Shown piece after piece: positions 61,522 through 64,000 of a DNA stretch of 64,000 nt. The stretch is from Marsupella aquatica. Lineage: Eukaryota > Plantae > Marchantiophyta. The notes beneath the pieces were generated by a model. It saw only the letters and a list, made by a program, of their open reading frames with translations. It made no database searches and was not told the DNA's origin. The DNA lies in NCBI GenBank assembly GCA_973895155.1, contig OZ316894.1:13945580-14009579 (forward strand), in the 5' to 3' direction. Both the position numbers and the translations under genes were made by a program. The number at the start of each line of letters is the position of its first letter. Within the stretch, counting starts at the first letter, position 1.

Positions 61522-62814
61522 TGCTGCCACAAACACATAGGAAACACATGTACCGAAATACCTCCACACAAAAATCACCAGAAAATGAAAGTTGGCAAAA
61601 GTGAAAATGTAATGTATTGTCGCATAGCCTGCAAAGCACACTGCCAAGATCTAAAAACAATTTGGCAAAAAACTCCTCCAGCAAAAACTTATTCAACCCA
61701 GACTAGAGGGAGATCAAAATGGTCATTTTGACCCTTGTCGGGTATCTTAGGTCCCCCAAAAATTCTGCAATAGCAACGCACAAATTAATTTCTTAAGCAC
61801 ATACTTAGCTTTCTTGAGTATTGTCTTGTTAAGTCTCACAAATGTTTTTTACCTTGATGACCGTCGAATCTTGAATTTTCTGTCAAAAAATAACTCTCTA
61901 GAAAAGTATATTTTCCAAGGATTCAAAGTACATACTTAGTACTTTTACAACAAGAGGCACCATGTAGCAACACCTATCCAGATTTAAAAGAATACAAGTA
62001 TGCAAAAGACAAACAGTGAAAGAAAGGCATTGTGCCTTAAAGTAAGGAAAAAATTGGAATGAAAAGCAACAATCACCTCTCCCGGCTTAGAGTTTCCTTA
62101 CAAATAGACGCTTCCTTTCACGCATAGTGTTGCGCGTCGGGATTTCAAAGTCACCCTCCTTAGTAAGTTATTCCTTTTGTTAAGGCTAAGGCCCCCTTAG
62201 ACCCAATTGAGCCCTGCAATAGGGGCTCGGGCCCAGATTTCATCCCTTTGGCCTTATACCTGCCGATTCAAAGTTCCTGAAAGGAGGGAGCATTGATGAC
62301 TCCCCCTTCGCTCCTTATAGCATTCACACCGGGTTAAATCAACACCACATTAAGGCTTCCCAGCCTTCTTGGGGCCCCGTATCCTGCCCGTCACTAATCC
62401 CAATGCCGCTGCCCGCAAGCCCGCGCGTCCGTCAATCACCGTTCTGGCGCACTTGAAACATATTAGCCCCGATCGTCGACAGACAGAAAATTCCGTCCAT
62501 TTCAAATTCCATGGCCTTTAGGGCGCGGGACACGCCTAGCCTCCAACGTCGCCCACTCCAGTGCCCATTTGCAAGTTCTTCCTACTTTCATTCAATTTTT
62601 GGTCATCGTAGCAATCTTGCACTGTGGAGAGAGCGTTCTGCCTTGCACTTCTCTGTCTCCAAAGTCTTTGTCAGGTCATGGTGAGGAGTATAGCAGTCGA
62701 TCCGCTTGCCTGTGGACCCACATTCTTCACGGTTCCGCATGTGGACACATCGTCAATGTTGGGGATCTTTTTTACTTTTCTAATCGTTTCTTGAGTGCCT
62801 GCTGTGGTTTGACG

Positions 62815-63310
62815 ATCGTGCAGTTGGGAAGTGACGATTGGTGCAACCCTGCCCCTTGCAACGATAATGATGGTGTGTTTCTTATGCAATGCTGACTTGC
62901 ATTTTGTGGCGTGGGGCATAAGGTCCCCTGTTTGAGCTTGCAACTTGCGCTATGCAATCGTCGTTCGCGCGTCATGAACCTAAACTCTAAACTCTCTATT
63001 TGTGTTACTATTCTAGGTTTGTGATATTAACTTCCTCAATTTGCCATAGAATTCAGCTCTTTTGGGTTTCGACAATTGTGCAGCTGGGAAGCAGAGATTG
63101 GCGCAACACTGCCCCTTGCAATGACAATGACTGTGTGTTTCTTTGAGATAACCGTCCCCATGCTCTTCTCAATTAGATTTTTGTGGCGGAAGCGGGGCCG
63201 GAAGGTCCCCCGCTGAGCTTGCAACTTGCGCCATGTTATCATCATTTTTCATAAAAGCTAAACTCTAAACTCTTTGTTTGTGTTACCGTTCTGGATTTAT
63301 GACAGTAAGT
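62815..63310. repeat. Diverged ~260-bp tandem duplication
   Basis: CTGCCCCTTGCAA, TGAGCTTGCAACTTGCGC and AAACTCTAAACTCT each occur twice in the same order. Confidence 0.75.
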
Positions 63311-64000
63311 TGCTCATTCTGTAGTGAGTGTGATCTCGACAATTTTATAGTGTTGTGACCATGCCTCGGTCATTTTCAAGTCAGGCTAGGAAAAGCAAGT
63401 TGCCTGTCCCACCACCTGAAACATGGGCACAGTTTCTTGAGGCACAAGAGAATGTGCATTGGGTCTGGCAGAAAAACCCTTCCTTTCTCAGAACTTCAGG
63501 ATCTGGTTACGTTTGCAAGGTGATGACTGATGATAGTTGTACACATTTCATCCAAAGAACCCCCTTCCTGAATCACATGTGATCCTTACATCACATGAAC
63601 CCAGGAGAATGTAAGAAAGGTCGTCCAAAGACCTCAGCCCGACAAAGGTGTGTAACTTTATTTGCATTATATGTGACTGTTCTGCCATGACAGCATTTAT
63701 GTGATGTTTTGTGTCATCTTCACTGTTCTGGCATGCAAATGTTCAGGAATCCACCAAGTACAGCAATGATTGAACATAATAGAGAATCAACACTTGGGTC
63801 ATTTAGTGGACAGGTGTGGAAGCAAAAGAGGCAGAAGTTGACATGGTGGTTACGCTGGGCACATAATTTGAAGATCAACCATGAGGGGGATGAAATTGAA
63901 TGGATAGTTTAGAAGGCAATAGAAAGATACCAACACTGGAGGCGATCGGCTGCCTTCACGAGCACATTGTCTAGTGTTAGGGACAACACAGTGGCATTTT

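Overview
Plant nuclear DNA, about two-thirds nested transposable elements. The element types suggest a non-seed plant such as a bryophyte, but that is an inference. Two host genes are recognisable: a chloroplast-type CBS-domain protein with an intronless CDS (CBSX1/2-like, 27891-28682) and a five-exon mitochondrial-type Obg GTPase (OBGM-like, 47645-50246). The main observation is a young, intact Athila-like Ty3/gypsy element (minus strand, <1-14014) whose ~4 kb LTRs each contain a complete 618-codon ORF. An older 3.37 kb solo LTR (56630-60001, TG..CA, TSD GAAAA) has the same architecture: a decayed ORF with the same domain order, an 8-bp terminal hairpin with compensatory changes, the same AGTATTTAGG motif downstream of the ORF, and a U5 hairpin. 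Together they point to a retrotransposon lineage that carries an accessory gene inside U3. Also present are a decayed gypsy pol ending in a PHD finger, several copia relics (one internally inverted), a Bianca-like copia, a MITE, and Harbinger and LINE remnants. All calls were made by eye with no database searches.
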